A DNA stretch of 64,000 nt from Nitrospirota bacterium (lineage in GTDB: Bacteria > Nitrospirota > Thermodesulfovibrionia > Thermodesulfovibrionales > Dissulfurispiraceae). Position numbers and translations under genes: made by a program. Of this stretch, positions 9,885 to 19,763 are shown piece after piece (the first letter of the stretch is position 1; every line of letters begins with the position of its first letter). Under the pieces are notes generated by a model that saw nothing but the letters and a program-made list of their open reading frames with translations, ran no database searches and was not told the DNA's origin. Where the stretch lies: the NCBI GenBank assembly GCA_963710375.1, contig CAVPZX010000008.1:128001-192000 (forward strand), in the 5' to 3' direction.

Positions 9885-10988
9885 TCAAATATATCCCTCG
9901 ACCAGTATATCTTCGCCGATTTTTCTTGTCCGAAGGTCCCGGACCTTGTAGGCGTCTTCAAGTCTCCTGAAGACGCTGCCGCCTATTGCAGGAAGCGAAT
10001 GACTGCCGCCGATTATTTTGGGAGCGATAAAGAAAACCACTTTATCGACAATGCCGTCCTGCAGTGCATAGGCGCCCAGCGAAGAACCACCTTCTATCAT
10101 GACTGATGTAATGCCGCGAATGCCGAGCTTAGTCATCAACCATTCTAGGTCCACCCGCTCTCCTTCATACTCGATGATTTCCACCCCCCTGTCGAGCAGC
10201 GCCTGCTTCTTTCTCTGCTTTACCTCCGACTGATGATCACTTCCAGCCGTTCTCTTGCCGATGAGTATGGTTTGGGGTGGAAGATCAAAAATGTTGCAGT
10301 CCAGTGGCGCTTCACAAAGGGGATCTATAACGATCCTTTGAGGCTGGTGCGCTTCATTCCGGCTTCCCATCCCTTTATCGGGCCGGGCAGTGAGGCGTGG
10401 ATTGTCGGCCTTAACGGTCCCGACAGCGGTAAGAATGGCATCCATCCTGCTCCTCATCTTGTGGACAAGACGCCTGGATTGCTCGCCAGTTATCCACTTG
10501 GACTGGCCTTCGGGTGTCGCAATCTTCCCGTCAAGGGTCATGGCAACTTTTAAAGTCACAAAGGGTTTACTTGTGGTAATAAATTTTATGTATGCCTCAT
10601 TCAGCCTTTGCGCTTCACTCTTGAAAAGTCCTTCAACAACATCTATGCCGTGCCGCTTCAACTCACGCATCCCTTTGCCGGACACTTTCGGGTTGGGATC
10701 TTCCATACAGACAATGACTCTACCTATGTTCGCTTTTATTATCGCTTTTGTGCAGGGAGGTGTTCTTTTGTCGAGATGGCAGCAGGGTTCCAGCGTCACA
10801 TAAAGAGTAGAGCCTTCGGCCTTATCGCCCGCCTTGAGGATTGCGAGTGCTTCGGCATGTAGTTCTCCGGCTTTCTTGTGGTAGTCTTCGGAAACAATAA
10901 CGCCATTATTTACAATTACAGCCCCCACCATCGGGTTGGGGCTTGTCATGCCTCTGGCTCGTGCAGCAAGCCGTAAGGCCCGCCGCAT
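9885..10988 (-). CDS. ribD: Riboflavin biosynthesis bifunctional deaminase/reductase RibD (start uncertain; upstream ATGs lie inside a MITE)
   Basis: SPNPMVGAV, HAE, YVTLEPCCH..RTPPC, TLDGKIA, SKWITG, VMIEGG motifs. Confidence 0.92.
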   Translation of the reverse strand: MRRALRLAARARGMTSPNPMVGAVIVNNGVIVSEDYHKKAGELHAEALAILKAGDKAEGSTLYVTLEPCCHLDKRTPPCTKAIIKANIGRVIVCMEDPNPKVSGKGMRELKRHGIDVVEGLFKSEAQRLNEAYIKFITTSKPFVTLKVAMTLDGKIATPEGQSKWITGEQSRRLVHKMRSRMDAILTAVGTVKADNPRLTARPDKGMGSRNEAHQPQRIVIDPLCEAPLDCNIFDLPPQTILIGKRTAGSDHQSEVKQRKKQALLDRGVEIIEYEGERVDLEWLMTKLGIRGITSVMIEGGSSLGAYALQDGIVDKVVFFIAPKIIGGSHSLPAIGGSVFRRLEDAYKVRDLRTRKIGEDILVEGYI

Positions 10989-11004
10989 AAATATTTTGTC
11001 CTGA

Positions 11005-11185
11005 GGGCTCGCGCATAAATAACTTGCACACTGATGCATCTCAGATTTACGGTTCATATTTGACCGATCCTCAATCGAAAAATCCTCAACGTAGCGGTGC
11101 TACGCCTGCGGTTTTGCTCAATCGGATCAGCAAATCTGACCCAAATCTGAGCGCCTGAATGCACAAGTTATTTATGCGCGAGCCC
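11005..11185. mobile_element. MITE family A, copy 2 (181 bp, opposite orientation)
   Basis: TIRs GGGCTCGCGCATAAATAACTTG / CAAGTTATTTATGCGCGAGCCC flanked by TGA/TTA; internal sequence closely matches the reverse complement of copy 1. Confidence 0.85.
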
Positions 11186-11189
11186 TTAT

Positions 11190-12653
11190 CTAAAATCCGA
11201 ACTCCTTCCACCGGTGATCAACGAGCCGCTTTATTTCTTCTGACATAAACAGCTCCTGGGGCCACTCCCTCATCATACCCTCTTCCTTTGTTTTTCTTGT
11301 TGCATCGATGCCCATTTTTGATCCGTATCTAGGCCAGTTAGCGGCATGGTCGAGGTCATCCAGAGGGCCATCTGCAATTACCACGTCCCTCTTCCAGTCA
11401 ACGTTGTTAAGGACACGCCAGGCAGTATAGGAAATATTTTGCACATCTACATCATCATCCACTATTACGAGCAGCTTTGCGAACATCATCTGTCCCTTGC
11501 CCCAGAGGCCATGTATTATTTTCTTGGCATGTCCGGGATAGCTCTTCCTGATCGAAATCAATGCAGCATTATGAAAAACTCCCTCCATAGGAAGGTTAAT
11601 ATCCCTTATCTCAGGAAAATCCAGCTTCATGAGCGGCAGAAAGATGCGTTCCGTTGCCTTGCCCATATAACAGTCTTCCATAGGGGGTTTCCCCACAATT
11701 GTGGCAGGGTACACCAGGTCCTTTCTGTGAGTAATACAGTCCACATGGAATACCGGGTAGTAATCGGCAGCCGAGTAGAAACCGGTATGATCGCCGAATG
11801 GTCCTTCGATGCGCATTTCTCCGGGCTGAAGATGTCCCTCTATCACCAGCTCGCTGTTTGCCGGCACCTCTATATCGGAAGTGATGCATTTGACCATCTC
11901 CACTGGACGCCTGCGCAGAAAGCCGGCAAAAAGCATCTCATCCACGGATTCGGGAAGCGGTGCGCTCGACGCATAGATAACCGCCGGGTCGCTGCCGACG
12001 GCAATGGCGGCAGGCATCTTCTGCTGCGCATCCTTATATCTCTCATAGTGACGGGCCCCGTCCTTGTGAATATGCCAGTGCATGCCTGTTGTCGTCTTAT
12101 CGTATACATGAATCCTGTACATACCGCAATTCTGTCGTCCCGTTACAGGTTCTCTCGTGAATACCATGGGAAGGGTTATAAAGCGCCCCTCGTCGGTAGG
12201 CTGTCCGTCACCCGGCCAGCACTTGATTATGGGGAATATGCCCAAGTCGGGATTGTCCTTTTCGACGACCTCCTGGCATGGCGCACTCTTTATGGTCTTG
12301 GGAAGATATTTCGAGAATTCCAGGAGTTTCGGCAGCATTGCCAACTTTTCATACAGCGTCTTCGGAGGCGCCTGGTTGAGCATATCTTCTATGCGCACAG
12401 CCACATCATCGAGTTTATTTACTTCAAGTGCAAGGCACATACGTTCAAAAGAACCGAAAAGATTGGTAACAACAGGATACCGAGAGCCTTTTACTTTTTC
12501 GAAATAAAGCGCCTTACCCCCATTCGGGCTCTTGCACATTCTATCGGTAATCTCGGCAATTTCAAGAATTGGGTCAACCTCGACCTTAATTCTATGGAGA
12601 AGTCCCTTTGTTTCCAGCACCCCTATAAAATCTCTCAAGTCTCTATATGCCAT
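11190..12653 (-). CDS. UbiD-family decarboxylase (menaquinone/futalosine pathway type)
   Basis: YRDLRDFI, NCGMYR, MHWHIHKDG, EGPFGDHTGFY, VGKPPMED motifs. Confidence 0.9.
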   Translation of the reverse strand: MAYRDLRDFIGVLETKGLLHRIKVEVDPILEIAEITDRMCKSPNGGKALYFEKVKGSRYPVVTNLFGSFERMCLALEVNKLDDVAVRIEDMLNQAPPKTLYEKLAMLPKLLEFSKYLPKTIKSAPCQEVVEKDNPDLGIFPIIKCWPGDGQPTDEGRFITLPMVFTREPVTGRQNCGMYRIHVYDKTTTGMHWHIHKDGARHYERYKDAQQKMPAAIAVGSDPAVIYASSAPLPESVDEMLFAGFLRRRPVEMVKCITSDIEVPANSELVIEGHLQPGEMRIEGPFGDHTGFYSAADYYPVFHVDCITHRKDLVYPATIVGKPPMEDCYMGKATERIFLPLMKLDFPEIRDINLPMEGVFHNAALISIRKSYPGHAKKIIHGLWGKGQMMFAKLLVIVDDDVDVQNISYTAWRVLNNVDWKRDVVIADGPLDDLDHAANWPRYGSKMGIDATRKTKEEGMMREWPQELFMSEEIKRLVDHRWKEFGF

Positions 12654-12696
12654 AATTCATCTGAACCATCGACTCTTTTAGAATAACACTTGCCCC

Positions 12697-13431
12697 TCAC
12701 TCCTCGCTTCTATTAATGAGGTACTTGGCAGCAACTGCTTCAAGAGTGCTGGGGGAAGGCAGCCCCTGATATAACAATTGCAATGCTTCCAGATCAGATT
12801 TCCACACAACATCTCCGGGAGCAACCAAAGAAATGCTCCCCTGCTCATAGCTCGTAAAAAGCTTATTATCCTTAAAATAATAATGTCCCTTGCTTATCCC
12901 GGTAGTATAAACCCGCATTAACGGAGGAATATCATCTGGTTTAAACCAAATCTTTATTTCTCTCTCTGCTTCACTCAATGTTGCCGACGCATGTATGAGA
13001 TTATCCATACGTTCGCCAACGACATTCCCAGCATCATCTTTTACCGGTACAATTGCCCCCAGAGCACGAATGCAGCCGGGTCTTTGATCTCTGGCAACGT
13101 TAGGATTGGTCGGCCCCGAGATATGCCGAATTTTTTGCACAGCATCCTCACCCTGATAGACAAGAGCTATTATCCTGCGCTTCCATGGTTCATCAGGATA
13201 ATGGCTATATCCCATGATGAACTCGATAAGCGCCGGGAAAAAAACCTTTCCCTTATGTTCGGCATAGTGTTCTTCGGCAAGCATTTTACTGACATTAACT
13301 ATCTTTGCTCCGGCAAAACGCAAACCGGTATGGAATTCCGAAAGTTGGGATATCACATATCCTGTCAGCGAATTTTTCAATGCATCCGGTTTAATCAACA
13401 CGAGCGTCTGTTCAGATACTCCTTTATTCAT
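12697..13431 (-). CDS. ndk: Nucleoside diphosphate kinase with C-terminal extension
   Basis: EQTLVLIKPDA, HYAEHKGK.FF, GPTNP..A..PG.IR, NLIHAS...AEREI. Confidence 0.85.
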   Translation of the reverse strand: MNKGVSEQTLVLIKPDALKNSLTGYVISQLSEFHTGLRFAGAKIVNVSKMLAEEHYAEHKGKVFFPALIEFIMGYSHYPDEPWKRRIIALVYQGEDAVQKIRHISGPTNPNVARDQRPGCIRALGAIVPVKDDAGNVVGERMDNLIHASATLSEAEREIKIWFKPDDIPPLMRVYTTGISKGHYYFKDNKLFTSYEQGSISLVAPGDVVWKSDLEALQLLYQGLPSPSTLEAVAAKYLINRSEE

Positions 13432-13447
13432 AAATAAAATCTCCTTA

Positions 13448-14374
13448 TTATAACTTCAACTGTTCGACAAGCCCTTTTACCGCACTCACCGACTTCGCAA
13501 GATCAGCCTTTTCCTGCTCGTTCAATTGCAGTTCTACGATTTTCTCAATACCGCCGCTTCCAAGTATGACAGGCACTCCGGTATAGACACCCTGTGCACC
13601 GTACTCACCTTTGAGCATGGCAGAACACGGCATCATTCTTTTTCTGTCGAATAAGATGGCATCGACCATCTGGCATGCAGCTGCTGCAGGGGCATAATAG
13701 GCGCTGCCTGTTTTCAGTAAAGATACGATCTCTGCGCCGCCCTGCCGAGTCCTTTCAACCAAAGCATCTATCCTGTCCCTGCTTATGAGTTCTGTAATCG
13801 GGACCCCCCGGACTGTTGTAAAACGGGGCATGGGAACCATCAGGTCTCCGTGGCCGCCGCATACGAGAGCCTCCACATCCTGGGGTGAAACACCCAGTTC
13901 CATTGCTGTAAAGGCCCTTAACCGTGCTGAATCAAGCACGCCGCCCATGCCGACGACCCGTGACGGCTCAAAGCCCGAAACCTTTAAGCATATCTGTGCC
14001 ATCACATCCATAGGATTAGTGACGTTGATAATTATGGCGCGCGGAGACAGCTTTGCCGCTTTAGAAGCGACATCCGACACGATTTTGGCATTAGCCATGA
14101 GGAGATCGTCGCGGCTCATCCCCGGCTTGCGGGCAAGCCCAGCCGTTATCACAATAATATCAGAATCACGGGTACTCGAAAAGTCGTTTGTCCCGACTAT
14201 TGATGATGAAGACCCCCACAACGGGCATGCCTCTGCCAGATCCAGCGCCTTGCCTTTGGTAATCTCTTCATCGACATCAATTAGCACCACATCAGCAATA
14301 CTGCCACGAGCAATCATCATCCCAAGCGTAGCGCCCACAAAACCTGCACCTATGACCGAAACCTTCTTGTTCAT
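13448..14374 (-). CDS. mdh: Malate dehydrogenase (LDH-like)
   Basis: GAGFVG, GKALDL, TAGLARKPGMSRDDL, GGHGD, GSAYYAPA. Confidence 0.93.
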   Translation of the reverse strand: MNKKVSVIGAGFVGATLGMMIARGSIADVVLIDVDEEITKGKALDLAEACPLWGSSSSIVGTNDFSSTRDSDIIVITAGLARKPGMSRDDLLMANAKIVSDVASKAAKLSPRAIIINVTNPMDVMAQICLKVSGFEPSRVVGMGGVLDSARLRAFTAMELGVSPQDVEALVCGGHGDLMVPMPRFTTVRGVPITELISRDRIDALVERTRQGGAEIVSLLKTGSAYYAPAAAACQMVDAILFDRKRMMPCSAMLKGEYGAQGVYTGVPVILGSGGIEKIVELQLNEQEKADLAKSVSAVKGLVEQLKL

Positions 14375-14410
14375 TGCACTCTCCCTCCTTTAATTATCAA
14401 GATATATTGC

Positions 14411-14647
14411 TCAGAATCCACAAATATTGAACGGACCTTTTATTTTTATCCTCACCTGTTCACCTTCCCTCTCTATGGTATATGTGCAGTTAAAGGCCCG
14501 TACATATAACTCGAACATTTTTAATTCCCTGTCATTGTTGTCGATGAGCACCTCGACATCTTCGTTCACCAGGCAAAGCCCGGCAAAGTGCCTATTGAAT
14601 TCCTTAAGGTGTTCCGGGTGCGCCAAGCCTCTCGCATCAATAAACAT
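14411..14647 (-). CDS. TusA/SirA-like small protein lacking the CPxP cysteine
   Basis: IDARGLAHPEH resembles (L/I)DARGLxCPxP; size and C-terminal strand pattern fit the TusA fold. Confidence 0.55.
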   Translation of the reverse strand: MFIDARGLAHPEHLKEFNRHFAGLCLVNEDVEVLIDNNDRELKMFELYVRAFNCTYTIEREGEQVRIKIKGPFNICGF

Positions 14648-15601
14648 CTATATCTTCTGCAATTCCGACACCGTCTTTTCCAATGATGCAATATCCTCAA
14701 CATTGAAAAGTCGAGCCGACGGCTCTATTCGCTTAATAAGTCCTTTTAGCACCTTGCCGGGCCCAACCTCGATAAAGCTTTCTATCCCGGCCAGAGCCAT
14801 ATTTTTAATGCAATCTTCCCATAATACCGCGTGGCTCAATTGCCTGACAAGAGACTGCTTTATTACAGCGGGACCAGAAATACACTGCGCATCGGAATTG
14901 CTGAAAAATGGGATACCCGCCTCTTTTACAACAACTCCTTTAAGTGCCTCTTCCAATTGCCTTCCTGCATTATCCATCAGTTTGCAATGTACCGGAATGC
15001 TGACAGCCAGCGGCACGGTTCGTTTTGCACCGGCAGTCTTTGCGCGCTCCATGGCTTCTTCAACTGCAGGGCGTTCTCCGGAGATTACAATCTGGCCGGG
15101 GCAATTATAGTTTGCTGCTGCGACATAGCCTGAAACAACCGACCCGCAGATATCATCAATAACCATTCTGTCCAGCCCAAGGATGGCTGCCACGAGACCC
15201 TTACCTTCCGGGACCGCCTCCTGCATTATTTTTCCCCTGGTCCCGGTCAGCTTTACGGCATCCCTGAACGAAAGGCTCCCGGCCGCCACCAGTGCCGAAT
15301 ATTCTCCAAGGCTGTGCCCTGCCACAGCACAAGTATGAATATTTCCCGATTTTAAAACAGAATACGAAGCAATACTGGCCACAAGCAGGCAGGGTTGGGT
15401 CCTATTCGTTTTATTCAACGCTTCGACAGGCCCGTTGAAGCTAAGGCCGGCTACGTCAAAGCCGAGAATAACGGATGCGGTCTCATACAGTTCTTTAACT
15501 GCATCAAAATTGTCGTAAAGGTCTTTTCCCATGCCGACCTGCTGAGAGCCCTGACCCGGGAACACAAAAGCGATACGGCCTGACGCGGAGATATTTGTCA
15601 C
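14648..15601 (-). CDS. fabD: Malonyl CoA-ACP transacylase
   Basis: FPGQGSQ.VGM, GHSLGEYSA, NYNCPGQIVISG, EVGPGKVL. Confidence 0.95.
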   Translation of the reverse strand: MTNISASGRIAFVFPGQGSQQVGMGKDLYDNFDAVKELYETASVILGFDVAGLSFNGPVEALNKTNRTQPCLLVASIASYSVLKSGNIHTCAVAGHSLGEYSALVAAGSLSFRDAVKLTGTRGKIMQEAVPEGKGLVAAILGLDRMVIDDICGSVVSGYVAAANYNCPGQIVISGERPAVEEAMERAKTAGAKRTVPLAVSIPVHCKLMDNAGRQLEEALKGVVVKEAGIPFFSNSDAQCISGPAVIKQSLVRQLSHAVLWEDCIKNMALAGIESFIEVGPGKVLKGLIKRIEPSARLFNVEDIASLEKTVSELQKI

Positions 15602-16800
15602 TGGTTTCCTTCTTTAAGTTTCTTGATCAAAAGCGGAATGACTTCATTCACGTCGCCCACAATTCCATATGTCGCGGCCTTAAATATAGGGGCCTCGGGA
15701 TTTTTATTGATTGCGATAATTATATCAGATGACTGCATACCCGCAAGGTGCTGGACCGCTCCCGATATTCCGCAGGCTATATAGACTTTCGGACAGACCG
15801 TTTTTCCAGTCTGCCCTACCTGATGCATATATGATATCCATCCCTCATCGACTGCCGCCCTTGAAGCAGCTACAGAACCGCCCAACAGAACAGCCAACTC
15901 CTCAAGCATACCAAATCCTTTGGCATTGCACATACCCCTGCCACCCGAGACGATGACCTCTGCTTCCTGCAGATTGACCATGCATTCCGATGTCTCTTTA
16001 AGTGATTCAACCACTTTTGTTCTGCTGGTGAGATTACCTGCATCCACAGGGACAACTTCACCCTTTCTGCCGTGATCCGCTTCTATCCTCTTCATCACCC
16101 TGGGCCTGACAGTTGCAATCTGCGGGCGATTATCGGGACAAAGAATAGTTGCCATAATATTGCCTCCGAACGCCGGCCTTATCTGCAGCAGGTTGCCTGT
16201 TTCCTTATCAATTTCTAGCGCAGTGCAGTCTGCCGTCAGCCCGGTTTTAAGTCGTGCCGCCACCCTTGGGATAAACGACCGGCCCAGAGGTGTAGCGCCG
16301 GCAAGGACGATCCCGGGTTTGTGGTCTTTTATGAGTGCAGTAAGCATTTGCGCGTACGGCTCGTCATTAAACTTCTCAAATATCGGGTCGCCGCAATAGT
16401 ACACCTTGTCCGCGCCCCATGAGATCAGCTCCCTGGCAGCGTCCCCGGAGGCGCCGAGCAGCACTGCAGCCAACTCAGTCTTCAGTTCATCGGCAAGTTT
16501 TCTGCCTGCTCCCAGGAGTTCGTATGCCACGGAAGCGATTCTTCCGTCCCGCTGTTCCGCAAAAACCCATACACCCAGGTAGGCTGCCAGGTACTCTGAT
16601 AATCCTGCTTTTTGTTTGTCTCCCTCCTCTGCAATTTCAATAATCGCTCCTTCGGGACAAGCACTCATGCATGTTCTGCAGAATTCACAATACAAATTAA
16701 TAAAGGCCTTTCCGCCTTTTATTTCTATCGCGGTATAGGGGCACGTTTTTATACATTCCTCGCAACCGGTGCATTTCTCTGTATTTATGATGATACGCAT
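15598..16800 (-). CDS. etfA: Electron transfer flavoprotein alpha subunit with N-terminal 2x[4Fe-4S] ferredoxin domain
   Basis: CTGCEECIKTCP / CEFCRTCMSACP; GLTADCT, RPAFGGN, QVGQTGK, GISGAVQHLAGM. Confidence 0.92.
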   Translation of the reverse strand: MRIIINTEKCTGCEECIKTCPYTAIEIKGGKAFINLYCEFCRTCMSACPEGAIIEIAEEGDKQKAGLSEYLAAYLGVWVFAEQRDGRIASVAYELLGAGRKLADELKTELAAVLLGASGDAARELISWGADKVYYCGDPIFEKFNDEPYAQMLTALIKDHKPGIVLAGATPLGRSFIPRVAARLKTGLTADCTALEIDKETGNLLQIRPAFGGNIMATILCPDNRPQIATVRPRVMKRIEADHGRKGEVVPVDAGNLTSRTKVVESLKETSECMVNLQEAEVIVSGGRGMCNAKGFGMLEELAVLLGGSVAASRAAVDEGWISYMHQVGQTGKTVCPKVYIACGISGAVQHLAGMQSSDIIIAINKNPEAPIFKAATYGIVGDVNEVIPLLIKKLKEGNQ

Positions 16801-17573
16801 TTCAGCCCTCTCAGCTCTTTTACAAGCGCTGCCACCTGTTCCTCAATACTGCCCTCAAGCATCTTCCTGTTGGATCTTACTTGCGGTGCAAATATATTCT
16901 TGACCTGTGTAGGGGAGCCCTTTAACCCTACATTTTCCTCTTCCGCGCCTATTGCCTTTAAATCCATTTTCGTAATAATCGCCTTCTTCGCAGCCATCTT
17001 GCCCTTGAGCGAGGGGAGGCGCGGCGTGTTCAATTCCTTCACAACAGTCAGCAGCACCGGAAGTGATGATTCCACCACATCATAGCCGTCATCCATTAAA
17101 CGTTGCACCCTTATCATGCCGGCTGACAGTTCATCAATCTTTCTCACATACGCTATATGGGGGATATTCAGGAATTCCGCCACTTCTGGACCGACCTGCG
17201 CAGTATCGCCATCTATTGCCTGTTTGCCGCAAAAGATGATGTCATAGTCCATCTTTTCTATGGCTTTGGAAAGCGCATATGATGTCGCCCACGTATCGGC
17301 GCCTGCAAATGCCCTGTCCGAGATGAGCCGCACTTCATCAGCGCCCACAGAGACGGCATCCCTCAAAGCGCTCTCTGCCTGAGGAGGACCCATAGTAATA
17401 ACCGTTACTTTCCCGCCTGTTTGCTCCCTGATCTGGATTGCAGCCTCGAGCGCGTGCAGGTCATAGGGATTGATAATACTGGGAACTCCCTCGCGCACGA
17501 GCGTATTTGTATCAGGATTTATCCTTACCTCGGCGGTATCCGGGACCTGTTTTATGCAAACAATGATATTCAA
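16785..17573 (-). CDS. etfB: Electron transfer flavoprotein beta subunit
   Basis: IVCIKQVPDT, INPYD..ALE, DRAFAGADTWAT, GKQAIDGDTAQVG. Confidence 0.93.
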   Translation of the reverse strand: MNIIVCIKQVPDTAEVRINPDTNTLVREGVPSIINPYDLHALEAAIQIREQTGGKVTVITMGPPQAESALRDAVSVGADEVRLISDRAFAGADTWATSYALSKAIEKMDYDIIFCGKQAIDGDTAQVGPEVAEFLNIPHIAYVRKIDELSAGMIRVQRLMDDGYDVVESSLPVLLTVVKELNTPRLPSLKGKMAAKKAIITKMDLKAIGAEEENVGLKGSPTQVKNIFAPQVRSNRKMLEGSIEEQVAALVKELRGLKCVSS

Positions 17574-17617
17574 TATAACCTCCGGCTTTCTTGATATTTA
17601 GCCCGTCATTATACCCA

Positions 17618-17992
17618 TTATTTATTTGTACTTTCAAGTATAACCAATGCCACAGCATAATGCCGCTCGTGGGAAAGGGTAAGACTAATAACAAATTTCT
17701 CCGGTAAATCGCCCCGGACAGTAATATAGGGTTTTCCTGATGGATGGTTCAGGATTACGATATCTTTCAGGCTGGGTACCTTGTCCCAGGCCTCCGAGTC
17801 TGACAACGCCTTTATAAGTGCCTCTTTTGCAGCAAAACGGCCAGCCAGACACTGAAACACGTTTTTTCTTTTATAACAATAAGATATTTCACTATCACTA
17901 AATATCTTCTCCAGGAACTTGTGTCTCCACCTTTGCACTCCATACATTATTCTATCGATTTCAACGATGTCTATGCCGATGCCTATTATCAT
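17618..17992 (-). CDS. acpS: Holo-ACP synthase
   Basis: GIGIDIVEI.R, LAGRFAAKEA, GKP, SLTLSHE. Confidence 0.93.
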   Translation of the reverse strand: MIIGIGIDIVEIDRIMYGVQRWRHKFLEKIFSDSEISYCYKRKNVFQCLAGRFAAKEALIKALSDSEAWDKVPSLKDIVILNHPSGKPYITVRGDLPEKFVISLTLSHERHYAVALVILESTNK

Positions 17993-18002
17993 AATAAAAA
18001 CC

Positions 18003-18124
18003 AGGCAATAGGCAATAGGCTATAGGCTATAGGCATAAACCAAAGACAAATAGACAAAGAGTCAAGAAAACCTGAACAAGATTTTTTTCTTTTCCTATTG
18101 CCCATTGCCTATTGCCTATTGCCT
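18003..18124. repeat. Inverted heptamer-array hairpin (GGC[A/T]ATA)n ... (TATTGCC)n, copy 1
   Basis: AGGCAATAGGCAATAGGCTATAGGCTATAGGC ... CCTATTGCCCATTGCCTATTGCCTATTGCCT; overlaps the pdxJ stop. Confidence 0.85.
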
Positions 18125-18831
18125 GTTCTTATCAACTCCTTCATCTCCCTTACCGCCCTCTCGATTCCCACAAGTACAGCCCTGGAAATGATGCTGTGGC
18201 CTATATAAAGCCCTCTGATTCCTTCTAAGGAGGCAATTCTTTTAACATTAAAGTAATTGAGGCCATGTCCGGCATTAACGGCAAGGTCTAGCTTGTTTGC
18301 AATGTTCACCGCTTCCATAACACGGTGCAGTTCGGCATCCTGTTTCTTCCCCTTTGCATTGGCGTATAGTCCGGTATGGATCTCGACCATGTCGGCGCCG
18401 ACCTCTTTAGAGATGTCCACATCCATTATGTAAGGATTAATAAACAGGCTGACCGGGATATTTGCGCTGTGAATTTTTTTGATGGCCTCCTTGAGACGCT
18501 CTTTCTGAGCTGCCATGTCCAGCCCACCTTCTGTCGTGAGTTCCTGTCGCTTCTCGGGCACAATGGTCACCAAATCGGGTTTCACCTCAAGGGCTGTTCG
18601 TATCATCTCATCTGTAGCAGCCATCTCAAGGTTCAGTTCGCAGCACACTGTCTCCCTCAAAAGCCTCACGTCCCTCTCATGTATATGCCGCTGGTCTTCC
18701 CTCAAATGAACGGTTATCCCGTCAGCTCCTCCCAATATGGCAAGCGTTGCAGCCATAACAGGATCGGGTTCGAAAGTTTTTCTGGCCTCTCTCACTGTAG
18801 CCACGTGATCAACATTAACTCCGAGCAGCAT
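18109..18831 (-). CDS. pdxJ: Pyridoxine 5'-phosphate synthase
   Basis: [44 protein letters not shown]. Confidence 0.96.
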   Translation of the reverse strand: MLLGVNVDHVATVREARKTFEPDPVMAATLAILGGADGITVHLREDQRHIHERDVRLLRETVCCELNLEMAATDEMIRTALEVKPDLVTIVPEKRQELTTEGGLDMAAQKERLKEAIKKIHSANIPVSLFINPYIMDVDISKEVGADMVEIHTGLYANAKGKKQDAELHRVMEAVNIANKLDLAVNAGHGLNYFNVKRIASLEGIRGLYIGHSIISRAVLVGIERAVREMKELIRTGNRQ

Positions 18832-18842
18832 TTGTATGCCTC

Positions 18843-19595
18843 CTAATATGCCAATTTATAAAACAGCAGACCCAAATATTCATGCAGAGCAATCGAGCTT
18901 TCTTCAAAGGTAACAGGCAGAAAATCCTGCCATCCGTATACCTTGTTCCTCCAGGTCCTGAAATTCGCCGGAAACGGCAGAACTTTCATGCCGGCTTTTT
19001 CAAAGGCTGAAACTGCTCGCCGCATGTGAAATGCCGAGGTTACGAGTACCGGTCTTTTGAAACCGTATTGAGTGCAGATTTCCACACTATATTTAGCATT
19101 CTCTATGGTATCCCTGCTCTTCGATTCCTCGATTATTTTTTTATGGGGCACCCCGAGATCTTCAAGAAACCGCCTCGCAACAACCGCTTCCGTCGTCGTC
19201 TGACCCTGATAAACGGCGCCACCGGAAACAATCACCGGGATACCGAGCAATATTTGGAGCCTTACAGCGGTAACGATTCTCGTCATCATTTCCCCACCTG
19301 GTGCTCCAATGCCAGAGAAATCCGGAGCTCCGGCAGAAATGCCGCCTCCGAGGAGCAGGATGACATCTCCATGTGGGGACTTTGGTATAGTATAGCTGCA
19401 TTCGAGTTCCCTAAACAACACATCTGTAAAGAAAATCGTAGAGGCCAGCCATACGGCAATGGCGATGACACAGCTTGCAAATCCCTCTTTCCACCGCCTT
19501 CTGGACAAGAACCATATACCGCAGAGGAAGAGCAGCAATATAAATATTCCCGGAGGAAGCAAAAAAGAAGCTATGATTCTCTCAATCATGAACAT
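18843..19595 (-). CDS. YdcF/ElyC (DUF218) family membrane protein
   Basis: Two N-terminal TM segments; [36 protein letters not shown]. Confidence 0.88.
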   Translation of the reverse strand: MFMIERIIASFLLPPGIFILLLFLCGIWFLSRRRWKEGFASCVIAIAVWLASTIFFTDVLFRELECSYTIPKSPHGDVILLLGGGISAGAPDFSGIGAPGGEMMTRIVTAVRLQILLGIPVIVSGGAVYQGQTTTEAVVARRFLEDLGVPHKKIIEESKSRDTIENAKYSVEICTQYGFKRPVLVTSAFHMRRAVSAFEKAGMKVLPFPANFRTWRNKVYGWQDFLPVTFEESSIALHEYLGLLFYKLAY

Positions 19596-19596
19596 T

Positions 19597-19758
19597 CGTG
19601 CCTCAGCTCATAAATACGGTGTCGCACCGAGAGCGTAGATGCGCCGCGCCAGCTAGGCGCGTGACCGAGGCGTACCGTATGTACGGCGAAGGAGCGCAAC
19701 AAAGCTGGAGCAGATGCAGCGGCGCTCGAATGCAACCGTATTTGTGAATTGAGGCACG
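19597..19758. mobile_element. MITE-like hairpin element (162 bp)
   Basis: Imperfect TIRs CGTGCCTCAGCTCATAAATACGG / CCGTATTTGTGAATTGAGGCACG; central GAGGCGTAC-loop-GTACGGCGAAGG. Confidence 0.75.
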
Positions 19759-19763
19759 CCAAC

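Noticed and set aside
11346..12686. 446-aa plus-strand ORF
   Set aside because: Antisense shadow of the UbiD-family gene; the same applies to other long antisense ORFs such as 44131-45195 and 3922-4593
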